Assembly: GCA_964460605.1 (NCBI GenBank) | Contig: CAYWPT010000002.1 | Location: forward strand, 1 to 62,434 | Reading direction: 5' to 3' | DNA length: 62,434 bases | Source: an uncultured Methanosarcinales archaeon | GTDB lineage: Archaea > Nanobdellota > Nanobdellia > Woesearchaeales > GW2011-AR9 | In this document: piece by piece, positions 1-8,052 of the stretch | How the letters are laid out: every line of letters begins with the position of its first letter | Position numbering within the stretch: the first letter of the stretch is position 1 | Made by a program: the position numbers and the translations under genes | The notes under the pieces: model-generated | The model's input: only the letters and a program-made list of their open reading frames with translations | Told to the model about the DNA's origin: nothing | The model's database searches: none

Positions 1-126
1 AAAAGAGAATTCTTTTTTTCATTTTGTAAATATAAGTTTAAGTCAGCTAAAACAACTTGTCCTTATTGTGGAAAAAATGATAGGATTATTGAAAGAAATG
101 TGACTGTGGTAGAGTTATTGGGATAA
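1..126 (+). CDS. C-terminal fragment of a zinc-ribbon protein (5' end outside window)
   Basis: Frame 1 is open from the window edge to TAA at 124-126. The peptide KREFFFSFCKYKFKSAKTTCPYCGKND has two Cys knuckles (FCKY, CPYC). Confidence 0.3.
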   Translation, partial: KREFFFSFCKYKFKSAKTTCPYCGKNDRIIERNVTVVELLG

Positions 127-444
127 AAAAAGAAATCAAAAATATAAAAATCTTCTGTTTTATCTATTTGGCCCCCTACTGGTGCCAAATCTAGAAAATA
201 ATTTCTCTATAGCTATACATTAGGTATTGACATAATTAAGCTGGAAAAATGGTGAGAAAATAGGTGAAATAATTTGATTTCAAAGAATATAGCTCTGATT
301 TCATTATTTGATATTTGATTTCAGTAAATATTAAGTTTCTTTTCAACTTATGAAGTAATGAAAATGAAAAACGAATCATTTTCAATAACCTAAAAAAGTT
401 GTTACTTTTTTTTAAGATAATACAAAGATAACGAGGTATAAAAT

Positions 445-813
445 ATGAATTCAAATAAAAAAGTTTTAATTGGCATCTTTGCTTTACTAATAGTTGGAGT
501 TGTTTTTGTTAGTGCAAGTAGCTATCTTAGTATGAATGAATTACATGAAAGAATGATAGCCTCTGAAGGATTTGAAGAGATGCATACTGCAATGATGCAA
601 GGAGACTTTGAAGCAGCAGAGAAATATCATGAAAATCTTGATTTTGAATGTCCAATGCATGAACTAGTAAAAGAAGGAGATGTTTCTCTCGCAGAATTTC
701 AAATAATGCATCAGTGGATGATGACTGGAGATTTTCCAGAAGAAAAACCATCTAGTTTAGGTGAAGCAGCATGGAATTTACATGAAAGCCACCACCTAGA
801 GATCTATGGATAA
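445..813 (+). CDS. small secreted or anchored His/Met-rich protein (possible metal binding)
   Basis: 122-aa ORF with an N-terminal hydrophobic segment (VLIGIFALLIVGVVFVSASS). The remainder is rich in His/Met/Glu (MHTAMMQGDF, HQWMMTGDF, HESHH). A GAGG-like RBS precedes the ATG. Confidence 0.5.
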   Translation: MNSNKKVLIGIFALLIVGVVFVSASSYLSMNELHERMIASEGFEEMHTAMMQGDFEAAEKYHENLDFECPMHELVKEGDVSLAEFQIMHQWMMTGDFPEEKPSSLGEAAWNLHESHHLEIYG

Positions 814-857
814 ATTTATTAACTTCTTTTTTATTCTTTTTTAATAGGGGGGATAAT

Positions 858-1277
858 ATGCAAATAAGGAAAAATAAGGTATTAATTTCATCTGGACTGA
901 TTTTATTATTGGCTATTTTAATCACAACTTTCTCTATGTATCATACAAGACATTTAGGTGGGACATTTTTCCAGTATCCTTTATTCCTTTATGGAACAAC
1001 TATTCTTTCATTAGCAATCGGAGGATATATTGTTTATCTTTTTGAAGATAAGATAAATAAAGTTCAAATTGAAAAATTATTATCTATATTACCTCACGAT
1101 GAAAGAATCATTATGAAATTATTATTAGAGAGGAAAGAAATCGAACAGAAAAAATTAGGAACCCTTTCTGAATTAAATCCTGTAAAAATTTCAAGAGTAG
1201 TTTCAATTCTTGAACAAAGAGGGATAATTGAAAAGAAAAAACATGGATACACAAATCTTATTGTGTTGAAAATATAG
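858..1277 (+). CDS. membrane-anchored winged-helix (MarR/ArsR-like) transcriptional regulator
   Basis: 139-aa ORF with two hydrophobic helices followed by a wHTH-like segment (LSELNPVKISRVVSILEQRGIIEKKKHGYTNLIVL). A GGGGGGA RBS lies upstream. Confidence 0.5.
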   Translation: MQIRKNKVLISSGLILLLAILITTFSMYHTRHLGGTFFQYPLFLYGTTILSLAIGGYIVYLFEDKINKVQIEKLLSILPHDERIIMKLLLERKEIEQKKLGTLSELNPVKISRVVSILEQRGIIEKKKHGYTNLIVLKI

Positions 1278-1678
1278 GGCTTTTTCGCTAAAGATTACTA
1301 TAGTTGAGTTAATTTCTATTCAAGAAACAATAACCCTTACATAATTACTATACTAAATACGAATGAAATGAACTGTATTAATGAAGTTTTCAATTTGATT
1401 TTTTCCAGTAATATTTTAGGTGTTAAATTATCCTGCAATAGAAATAAATGCTCCTGCAGCAAATGGTATAATAAATGCCATAAACATTTCTGAATTTGAA
1501 CCAATGAGCAGACCAATTACTCCTCCAAGAAATAATCTATTTAAGTTTCATAGACTTTCTATGGCCATGCTTTTGAGAACTTATACTAAGCCATAACTTT
1601 AGGGAAGGGCGCTTACAAATTGGTGTAAGTTTGCACCAACAAAAAAAAGCCATTTTTTGCTACAACGCTATACTAAAA

Positions 1679-1695
1679 AGAAAGCGCCAACGCCC
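1679..1695. repeat. attL-like direct repeat (displaced copy of the tRNA-Ser 3' end)
   Basis: agaaagcgccaacgccc is identical to 9018-9034, which covers the last 11 nt of tRNA-Ser plus 6 nt downstream. Confidence 0.6.
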
Positions 1696-1908
1696 AAGAT
1701 CTGTGAATGGTCTAAGTCCGATAAGCCAACAAATTTTTTTACTGGCTTTTAACAGACTATCTCTTTAATTTTTACTTTTAGTAGTACTTTAATGTATATA
1801 ATTCTTTTCATGCTTTGGGCCATAGGTGGTCCCAGAGACTTAAATACTTCTTTTCACAGAATAATCCATAGAAGTGGCCACTTCAAAGCTAGATGGAAGG
1901 TGATCTAA

Positions 1909-2052
1909 TTGAAGTGTATATTATGTGAAAAAGAATGTCAGCGTAAGCTTTGCTCTACCTGCTACAGGTTCCTCAAAAAGAAGTATCTGAACTGGGATGT
2001 AGAAAAAATTGCTGAGCATTATGAAGAGCAAAGGGGTGAGAAAAATGGATGA
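1909..2052 (+). CDS. small zinc-ribbon protein (TTG start, below the ORF-track cutoff)
   Basis: 47 codons: (M)KCILCEKECQRKLCSTCYRFLKKKYLNWDVEKIAEHYEEQRGEKNG, with CxxC...CxxC spacing. Its stop overlaps the next ATG (ATGGATGA), which suggests translational coupling. Confidence 0.3.
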   Translation: MKCILCEKECQRKLCSTCYRFLKKKYLNWDVEKIAEHYEEQRGEKNG

Positions 2053-2260
2053 GTACATTACCCTGCTCTTGAGCTTTAATTTGATGTTTGGAATTTTGTT
2101 CTTTGTAGTTCTTACGTATTTGCCAAGGCAAAGAAAGAAGCTCAAGAAAAAAATTGTCAAGGAAGAGCCAACAAAACCTGAACCAGTAAAGAAGCAACCA
2201 TTCTCTGCACTTGATGCAGTGTTTAAGAAAAACTTTGGCCATAGCCAGGAGGTAATCTAA
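2045..2260 (+). CDS. small single-pass membrane protein with a Lys-rich tail
   Basis: An internal ATG of ORF 2009-2260 is preceded by GGGGTGAG. The product MDEYITLLLSFNLMFGILFFVVLTYL is followed by RQRKKLKKK. It is the first gene of a tightly packed operon. Confidence 0.45.
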   Translation: MDEYITLLLSFNLMFGILFFVVLTYLPRQRKKLKKKIVKEEPTKPEPVKKQPFSALDAVFKKNFGHSQEVI

Positions 2261-2587
2261 ATGAAAAAATTACTAGCCATACTATTATTACTCTGCTTAG
2301 CGACCCCTTTCGCTTTAGCAGAGATAGATTTTAGCCAAGATCTTACAGCAGATGAACAAGCAACTGTAGATAGTATTCTCGCACCTGTTATGAGTATCTA
2401 TAATGCAATTAAGTATGCTATGAGTGTTGTTGCTGTATTGGCATTAATGTTTGCAGGAGTAACTTTTGTTACTGCTGGTGGAGAGACTGCAAAGAAAGAT
2501 CGTGCTAAGAATATGATTGCAGGAGTTGTAATTGGCCTTGTAATTATCTGGGTAGCACCATTAGTGGTACAATTTGTGTTCTCATGA
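2261..2587 (+). CDS. VirB2/TrbC-type (T4SS pilin-like) protein
   Basis: 108 aa. A signal peptide (LLLLCLATPFALA) is followed by two hydrophobic helices separated by a basic loop (FAGVTFVTAGGETAKKDRAKNMIAGVVIGLVII). This is the topology and AGG..AK..I..G motif of T4SS pilins. The gene overlaps the next gene by 4 nt. Confidence 0.55.
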   Translation: MKKLLAILLLLCLATPFALAEIDFSQDLTADEQATVDSILAPVMSIYNAIKYAMSVVAVLALMFAGVTFVTAGGETAKKDRAKNMIAGVVIGLVIIWVAPLVVQFVFS

Positions 2588-4602
2588 AACACGTGTATTT
2601 GTGGGTTGTTGTACTGCTGTTAGCTGTTCCTTTTGTTTTTTCTTTTAATTGTAACAGCGTAAGCGATAGCTCTTATTGCTTAGAAGTACAGCAATCTTCC
2701 TTGAGTTCGCAAGAGAAAGATGTAGTGTATGCTAGTCTCTTGTATCAAGATGTTAATTATCCCAATCATGAATTCGTGCGAGAGTATAACCAAGGTTTGA
2801 ATTTTTGGGGTGCTCCTGATGGTGTTACAACATACAATGCTCAATTTATCAAAAATGCTTGGTTTGCTCTAGCTTGGCTTACCCCTTCAGTGTATAATGG
2901 TTCTTTGCTTGTGCCATCTGAATTTACAGCGCAGGGAGTGTATCATTACACGGTAGATCTTCCAGAGAACTATCACGCTGGGAGTTATCCTACGCAGAGT
3001 CAAGGTGATTGCAAGCGTACCTATCAATTACAGAACCAGCAAACTAACATAGTGTATTACGTCAATGGCGCACAGCAAAGCAATCCATTAAGAGTTACTG
3101 GAGACTCTACTATCTCTTCTGAGTTAAATATCTTAGTTGAGGTGTTAGTGAAACATTACCACTGGCAAGAATACAGCAGAGGGAGGTATCGCTGTGTATA
3201 CCATCATAGCGACACAGAACGTGGTACATCGAGTCTTAGTGATGAGAAAGATGTGGTGCTATATGATGTTGAACCTTCTGTGAATGTAGAAAAAGAGCTT
3301 GTCTATGGCAACACCACGCAACTTCATGTTGATGCACAAGACTATAGTTCTTTTACCTTAGCGTTTGATAATGGTTACTACACAGAGCGTGCGCAATCGT
3401 ATGGCGTAACCTTTTCTTTGCAACCTTATCATGTGGCACAACTCACTGCATATGATACACGGACACAGCGTAGTCAAAATGTCTATGTGGATGACACTAC
3501 GCTCTATGTCTTACGGGGCACCGATTGTTTGATTGATTCCTATAACCATTTCTATAACATAAAAGAAGATTGTAACTTAGATGAGAATGAGAGCGAGATT
3601 GCAAATTTATCTATTGAGAAGAAAGACCTTGACTTCTCTGTGCTGATGCAATTCTTAGTATTTTTGGGGATTATTTATCTGATTTACAAAGCACTCAAAT
3701 CACAATGGAAGAAAGTTGTGCCTATGTTATTCTCAGTCTTACTCTTCATGCCAGGAGTTCTGGCAGCAGACGATACTTCTTGTGGATTAACTAATCTCTC
3801 AGCATGTTTACCTGACATCCTTTACCAATTTATCCTAGCACTTATCAATGCTCCCTTAGCTCCCTTGTTGATATTTGTTGAAAAGTTGCTCACAGGTAAC
3901 GTAGGCATAGAGATATTTTTCTCATTATGGTCAATTGTTCGTATCTTACTTAGCGTCTTTTACTTGTTCTTCTTACTCTACGCAGGATATACTTTAGTAG
4001 TGTCTGGTGCTAATCCTATCAAAAGAGCACAGGCAAAAGAAATGCTCAAGAATGCCCTACTTATGATTATCTTAATTCAAGGATCTTATTATCTCTATGG
4101 TTTGCTTATTAATCTCAGTAGCGTAATGAGTTCTTCGATCATTCAATTAGTGCCACCGGAATTCTTTCTGCTCACTGCAAATAATTTCACCAATATCGGT
4201 TTAGAATTTGCTATGAGTAGTCTGTATTTTGGCACATTACTTGCAACTACAGTAATGCTAGTGATACGATATATCATTGTTGCAACTGGTGTAGTGGTCT
4301 TGCCAATAGGATTGTTTTGTTATTTTGTTCCGCCCTTGCGTGGCTATGGCAAGTTCATCATTAGTGTACTTGGTTTAATGCTATTCATTCCATTTTTGAA
4401 TCTGTTGATTATCTTAGGGTGTTCTATGCTCATTAACGATCCTTTGTTTGCGAGTATGGAAATCATTGTGATGGTAGTTTGTTTTAGTATAGTGAACTTG
4501 ACATTGTGGATTGCTGTGAAGTTTGCATTGAAAGGTGCAGCAACAAGCTCTGTAAAAGATGATCTCAATCAAGCAGTGAAATACTTAGCATTATTGGCTT
4601 AA
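2584..4602 (+). CDS. large polytopic membrane protein, VirB6/TrbL-like candidate
   Basis: 672 aa. It has a signal peptide, an extracytoplasmic domain of about 340 aa with Cys pairs, then at least 7 hydrophobic helices. It is positioned directly after the pilin-like gene, as in T4SS-like clusters. Confidence 0.45.
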   Translation: MKHVYLWVVVLLLAVPFVFSFNCNSVSDSSYCLEVQQSSLSSQEKDVVYASLLYQDVNYPNHEFVREYNQGLNFWGAPDGVTTYNAQFIKNAWFALAWLTPSVYNGSLLVPSEFTAQGVYHYTVDLPENYHAGSYPTQSQGDCKRTYQLQNQQTNIVYYVNGAQQSNPLRVTGDSTISSELNILVEVLVKHYHWQEYSRGRYRCVYHHSDTERGTSSLSDEKDVVLYDVEPSVNVEKELVYGNTTQLHVDAQDYSSFTLAFDNGYYTERAQSYGVTFSLQPYHVAQLTAYDTRTQRSQNVYVDDTTLYVLRGTDCLIDSYNHFYNIKEDCNLDENESEIANLSIEKKDLDFSVLMQFLVFLGIIYLIYKALKSQWKKVVPMLFSVLLFMPGVLAADDTSCGLTNLSACLPDILYQFILALINAPLAPLLIFVEKLLTGNVGIEIFFSLWSIVRILLSVFYLFFLLYAGYTLVVSGANPIKRAQAKEMLKNALLMIILIQGSYYLYGLLINLSSVMSSSIIQLVPPEFFLLTANNFTNIGLEFAMSSLYFGTLLATTVMLVIRYIIVATGVVVLPIGLFCYFVPPLRGYGKFIISVLGLMLFIPFLNLLIILGCSMLINDPLFASMEIIVMVVCFSIVNLTLWIAVKFALKGAATSSVKDDLNQAVKYLALLA

Positions 4603-4605
4603 TAT

Positions 4606-4674
4606 CAGAAAAGCCATAGTTTTTCTGGAACTTTCCAGACAAGCTAAAAAGGTTAGCTAGGCGCAAACTAGCTA
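4606..4674. terminator. cluster of hairpins between convergent genes
   Basis: Three stems: CAGAAAA/TTTTCTG (4606-4627), CTGGAA/TTCCAG (4625-4638) and TAGCTAG/CTAGCTA (4654-4674). They lie between the stops of the 2584-4602 gene and the RT gene. Confidence 0.3.
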
Positions 4675-4678
4675 GTCT

Positions 4679-6415
4679 TTAGAATGGTGGGGAGCTAACA
4701 ACTCCTTTTTTTCTTTTCTCCTTCATGTACCTTTTCATTAGCAAGACGCTTTTCCATGGGAGAATCATTCTTTTCTCATTCTCAGGAAGAACACAAATTG
4801 TAAGATGATCATTAAACAGATTAATAAAATCATGACGTTTTAGCAAAAGGTCTGCATTTCCTGAGATGAATATTTTGAACTTTTCTGAACATAGCTCACG
4901 CTGGTATTTGTTCAGATAACATTTACGCATACAATGAAGTTTTTTGTACCACTGTACGTGAAACTGAACATTCTTTTTTCTGTTTTTCGCCTTCAAATAT
5001 GCACGCACACACTCAATCTCATCAAATGATATTCTAGGATTAAACAATTTAGCTTTGATATCAGAAAGAGTCTCATTTTCTGAAGAGATCTGTTGAAGTA
5101 TCTCTTGTGCTTTTTCACGACCAATAATCTTCCACATAGAAGTTTGGTTGTACTCAATAAGGTTGACAATATGCTTCCAAATGGTCCCTACCCCCATATT
5201 TCTGATTTCTGCAATCTCAGAGGTATTCTTTCCCTCATTCAATAGCTGCAATGTTTTTTGAACACTAAATTGTAACTCGGCGTTTGTTGATTTTTGTAAA
5301 AAATTTCTGTGTTTAGTTATGTCTTCTTTTTTGATCTCTTTCTCAAGAGGGAAGAAATGATTAAATTGTCTAACAAGATGTTTTCTGTATTTGAATGTGT
5401 TTGCGTTTGTTATGTAGGCTAACCAACCTTCAAAATGTTCCACAACCTTTTCTCTGTCAATTTTCCCTACATTATGTTTATAGCGTAATTTGAGTAACTT
5501 GCGTTCAAAGCGGCGAACATTTTTCTTCTTAATTCTTCGATGCTGTTCAAATAGCCGAAACCCAAGAAAACCAACACCCTGATTCAAATTATGAACTTTT
5601 GATTTGTCCGGATGCAATTTTAATTTTAGAGAGTCCAAAAGAAAATGCTCAATTTTCAGCTTATAATCTTCAAGAACCGCCCTATTTGAATGCACTATCA
5701 CAAAATCGTCAACATATCTTATGTAATATTTCGCTCTGAGCGTATGTTTTACAAACTGATCTAACTCATTCAAGTAGACATTTGCAAAAAATTGAGATGT
5801 GAGATTGCCAAGCGGCATACCAACAGAAGCTTCTTTGGTTTTGTGGTTTTTCAAGATAATCTTAATCAATCTCAAAACTCTCTTGTCTGAAATTTTCTTA
5901 GACAATATTGATTGAAGAATGTCATGATTAACAGTATCAAAATAGTGTCTGATGTCTGCTTTAAGGACGTAACATTTTTTTGAATATGATTCTGATGCCT
6001 TGCGTGTGAAGGACTCAAACCGTGCAATAGCGTTCAGTGATCCTTTACCTTTTCTATTCGCAAAAGAGTCAAAGATAAAACGATTTTCAAACAGAGATTC
6101 AATAACATTAAATGTTGCATGATGTACTACACGATCACGAAATGCCGATTTGCTAATTTTGCGAGTTTTTGGATCTCGAAGGATAAACGTCTCTAATGGT
6201 TTTGGTCTATAAGACTGCAGTAATAATTCAGAACGAAGTAATTCTAAATTCTCTTCAAGCTTTGCTTCAAAGTCAATGACATAATGTTTTGTTGTTTTTT
6301 TCTTGCGTGCATTCTTGAATGCGAGTTCAAGGTTTTCTTTTGAACATAACTCATCAAAAAGGTTTCGGAGGTCGTTGTCCCCCCCCCCTTCGTAGTGAAT
6401 TTTTGCATTTTTCAT
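4679..6415 (-). CDS. diversity-generating retroelement reverse transcriptase with a C-terminal extension
   Basis: RT motifs present: ADIRHYFDTVNH, GMPLGNLTSQFFANVYLNELD (DGR-type [LI]GxxxSQ), IRYVDDFVIV (YxDD), LHPDKSKV and GFLGFRL. The start is set at Met46 of the tracked ORF (ATG 6415-6413), because codons 1-45 are the TR. About 190 extra residues follow the thumb, with an HTH-like segment (TSEIAEIRNMGVGTIWKHIVNLIE) and a Cys-containing tail. Confidence 0.85.
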   Translation of the reverse strand: MKNAKIHYEGGGDNDLRNLFDELCSKENLELAFKNARKKKTTKHYVIDFEAKLEENLELLRSELLLQSYRPKPLETFILRDPKTRKISKSAFRDRVVHHATFNVIESLFENRFIFDSFANRKGKGSLNAIARFESFTRKASESYSKKCYVLKADIRHYFDTVNHDILQSILSKKISDKRVLRLIKIILKNHKTKEASVGMPLGNLTSQFFANVYLNELDQFVKHTLRAKYYIRYVDDFVIVHSNRAVLEDYKLKIEHFLLDSLKLKLHPDKSKVHNLNQGVGFLGFRLFEQHRRIKKKNVRRFERKLLKLRYKHNVGKIDREKVVEHFEGWLAYITNANTFKYRKHLVRQFNHFFPLEKEIKKEDITKHRNFLQKSTNAELQFSVQKTLQLLNEGKNTSEIAEIRNMGVGTIWKHIVNLIEYNQTSMWKIIGREKAQEILQQISSENETLSDIKAKLFNPRISFDEIECVRAYLKAKNRKKNVQFHVQWYKKLHCMRKCYLNKYQRELCSEKFKIFISGNADLLLKRHDFINLFNDHLTICVLPENEKRMILPWKSVLLMKRYMKEKRKKGVVSSPPF

Positions 6416-6450
6416 TGTCAAAATAAAGATGTCCCAGCACAAGAGCTTGT

Positions 6451-6538
6451 CTATTCCGATAGAGCGACCATTATTGTTAAGATTGTTATTACCATTAACA
6501 CCATTGTTATTATTGTTAAGCACAACGGCACGGCCGCT
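6451..6538 (-). repeat. DGR template repeat (TR)
   Basis: 88 nt aligning without gaps to 6907-6994. It encodes SGRAVVLNNNNNGVNGNNNLNNNGRSIGI with 12 AAY codons. It lies between the target gene and the RT, on the same strand. Confidence 0.85.
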
Positions 6539-6709
6539 CAAAGTAGCCATTTCACCTTTTAAAGATCACCACCCCTTCAGTGCAGAGCATCAAGTTGGAG
6601 TTGAATTTTATAACAGCAAGCTGCCATGGTGAAACGGCATGTAGGCCAGCTCTTTACATTATACCTAACATGTGCTAGGTGAGCTGGGACAAAGAAAAAA
6701 GAAACAAAG

Positions 6710-7741
6710 TTATTCATATAGTTTTCGTAATCCTTCCTCAAAATCTTGAAGGCCATGCTCTGAAACAAACGGCCGGGAAAACACTAATACTTGTTCTAAT
6801 GATGGATGTGTACTTTCTACTCCTAGATCAGCAGCTGATTTAGCTGGATTAACTTCTGAAGGTACAGGGCCAACAATGCGTGCGCGCGCTTCAAGCGCCT
6901 CCGGCGCTACCCCGATAGAGCGACCAAGATAGTCAAGATTGTACTTACCACCAACACCAAACTCATTATCGCCAAGCACAACGGCACGGCCGCTATTTTT
7001 ATTCCCATAGCCATCTGAGTGTGAACCAAACTGAGTCCATCCAAAGGACTGTGCTCTCTCAAGCATTCCTTTCAGTGGTTCTTTTCCACCAGACCTGATC
7101 TGTAAGCGTGGATTATTCATCTGTTCAGAAATTGCTTTGTAACCTCTTGATTCTGCTTGTGCAGCTTCAGAAGGAGTGATCACAACATATCCTGGTGTGT
7201 TACGTAAAAAACCATCTACATTAGAAGCTTCTGTAAATTCTCCAACATCATTGAAGATATAATTGTCTCCATCTGGGCCTTGCAACCATCCTTTTTGAAC
7301 AAGTGCGGCAACATCTCCATCCCTAACATATGTTAGAAATTCGTTCACTTCATCTTGATCTAGTGGCATTGCACCATTTTGCAATCTGCCTTCTGTAATT
7401 GTATCGTGAACCCTATTTGGATCGTTTACAAAGATTCCACCACGTTGAAAATCTACAACATAAAGTTTCCCTGCTTCACCAAGGATTCCGTCTTCATCAA
7501 GCATAGTATCAACTTCAGCGTTGGTATCATTCCACTTTGACCATGTTGGATCTGTCTTTTCTGCTGTAGCCCTTGCAAGAGCAAACATATAAGTTGGAGC
7601 TCTCTGTAAACCAGCTTCCTGCGCAGCACTAACAGAATCAGCAAAGCCCGTTCTACCTTTCCTATAAAGTGGGGTCCCTACTACCTCAATAACGTTTCCT
7701 TCATCATCTACGCCTCTTTCAAAAACATAATTATCTGACAT
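6710..7741 (-). CDS. DGR target (variable) protein
   Basis: 343 aa from the ATG at 7741, which is preceded by AAGGTGAT; the tracked start at 7750 is a GTG inside that RBS. It contains VR at about aa 250-279 (SGRAVVLGDNEFGVGGKYNLDYLGRSIGV). No signal peptide or TM segment is visible. Confidence 0.8.
   Translation of the reverse strand: MSDNYVFERGVDDEGNVIEVVGTPLYRKGRTGFADSVSAAQEAGLQRAPTYMFALARATAEKTDPTWSKWNDTNAEVDTMLDEDGILGEAGKLYVVDFQRGGIFVNDPNRVHDTITEGRLQNGAMPLDQDEVNEFLTYVRDGDVAALVQKGWLQGPDGDNYIFNDVGEFTEASNVDGFLRNTPGYVVITPSEAAQAESRGYKAISEQMNNPRLQIRSGGKEPLKGMLERAQSFGWTQFGSHSDGYGNKNSGRAVVLGDNEFGVGGKYNLDYLGRSIGVAPEALEARARIVGPVPSEVNPAKSAADLGVESTHPSLEQVLVFSRPFVSEHGLQDFEEGLRKLYE
6894..6908 (-). promoter_or_regulatory. 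GC-rich hairpin immediately 3' of VR (candidate retrohoming-enhancing structure)
   Basis: On the minus strand, AGCGCC-GGA-GGCGCT forms a perfect 6-bp GC stem with a 3-nt loop, starting at the last 2 nt of VR. The TR copy lacks this sequence. Confidence 0.45.
6907..6994 (-). repeat. DGR variable repeat (VR)
   Basis: 88 nt with 17 mismatches to TR. Fifteen are at TR adenines (T on the + strand) and two are not (at about 6943 and 6961). The flanking A-poor blocks are identical (21 nt and 15 nt). Confidence 0.85.
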
Positions 7742-7830
7742 TAAGATCACCTTAAATTTTATTTATATACCTAGGTGAATCCCCATTTATAAATCTTTTG
7801 TTTAAATACTGACTATCAAGTGATAACAAA

Positions 7831-8052
7831 ATGGCCTACGACATACCCCCACCACTACAGCATAAAGAGAAGATCATCTTCGGATTGACCTTCTCGCAGC
7901 TAGCGATAGCTACACCAGCACTGCTTCTGAGCGTCATCAACATTCTTCCCATTCATATGAACATAGGTAGCAGCCATTTTACTCCCTTGAATCCAACCAA
8001 AGAACTGATTCATTTGAAATTCTGTAAGAAAACCAGCATAATAGGATGCTAA
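7831..8052 (+). pseudogene. PrgI/VirB3-like N-terminal fragment (probably truncated)
   Basis: MAYDIPPPLQHKEKIIFGLTFSQLAIATPALLL resembles the PrgI-family N-terminal motif (VP..i..e.KI.fGLT..Q). From 7900 onward the ORF overlaps the integrase 3' end on the opposite strand and loses any family-like sequence. Confidence 0.3.

Noticed and set aside
236-454. A 72-aa minus-strand ORF upstream of the first gene.
   Set aside because: It sits in AT-rich intergenic sequence, has no RBS, encodes a low-complexity Lys/Leu/Phe-rich product, and overlaps the start of the + strand gene.
1426-1560. A short hydrophobic reading frame on the minus strand (..LGGVIGLLIGSNSEMFMAFIIPFAAGAFISIAG*) with a T-loop-like GGTTCAAATTC string.
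   Set aside because: There is no ATG with support, it is only about 38 codons, and no tRNA cloverleaf can be built around the T-loop-like string. It may be a relic, so it is not called.
6416-6550. The tracked RT ORF starts at 6550 (MATLSGRAVVLNNNNNGVNGNNN...).
   Set aside because: These 45 codons are the TR read in frame. The RT most likely starts at Met46 (ATG 6415), and the upstream ATG and frame continuity are probably coincidental.
4679-6550. The reverse transcriptase as a group II intron or retron RT.
   Set aside because: It has the DGR-type LGNLTSQ motif rather than QGxxxSP, and an adjacent TR/VR pair with adenine-specific mismatches. No maturase/endonuclease layout or intron RNA domain V-like structure was noticed.
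6577-6768. A 63-aa minus-strand ORF between the target gene and TR, considered as a possible Avd.
   Set aside because: It overlaps the end of the target gene, its composition is not the helical/basic type typical of Avd, and it lies in the probable untranslated DGR RNA leader.
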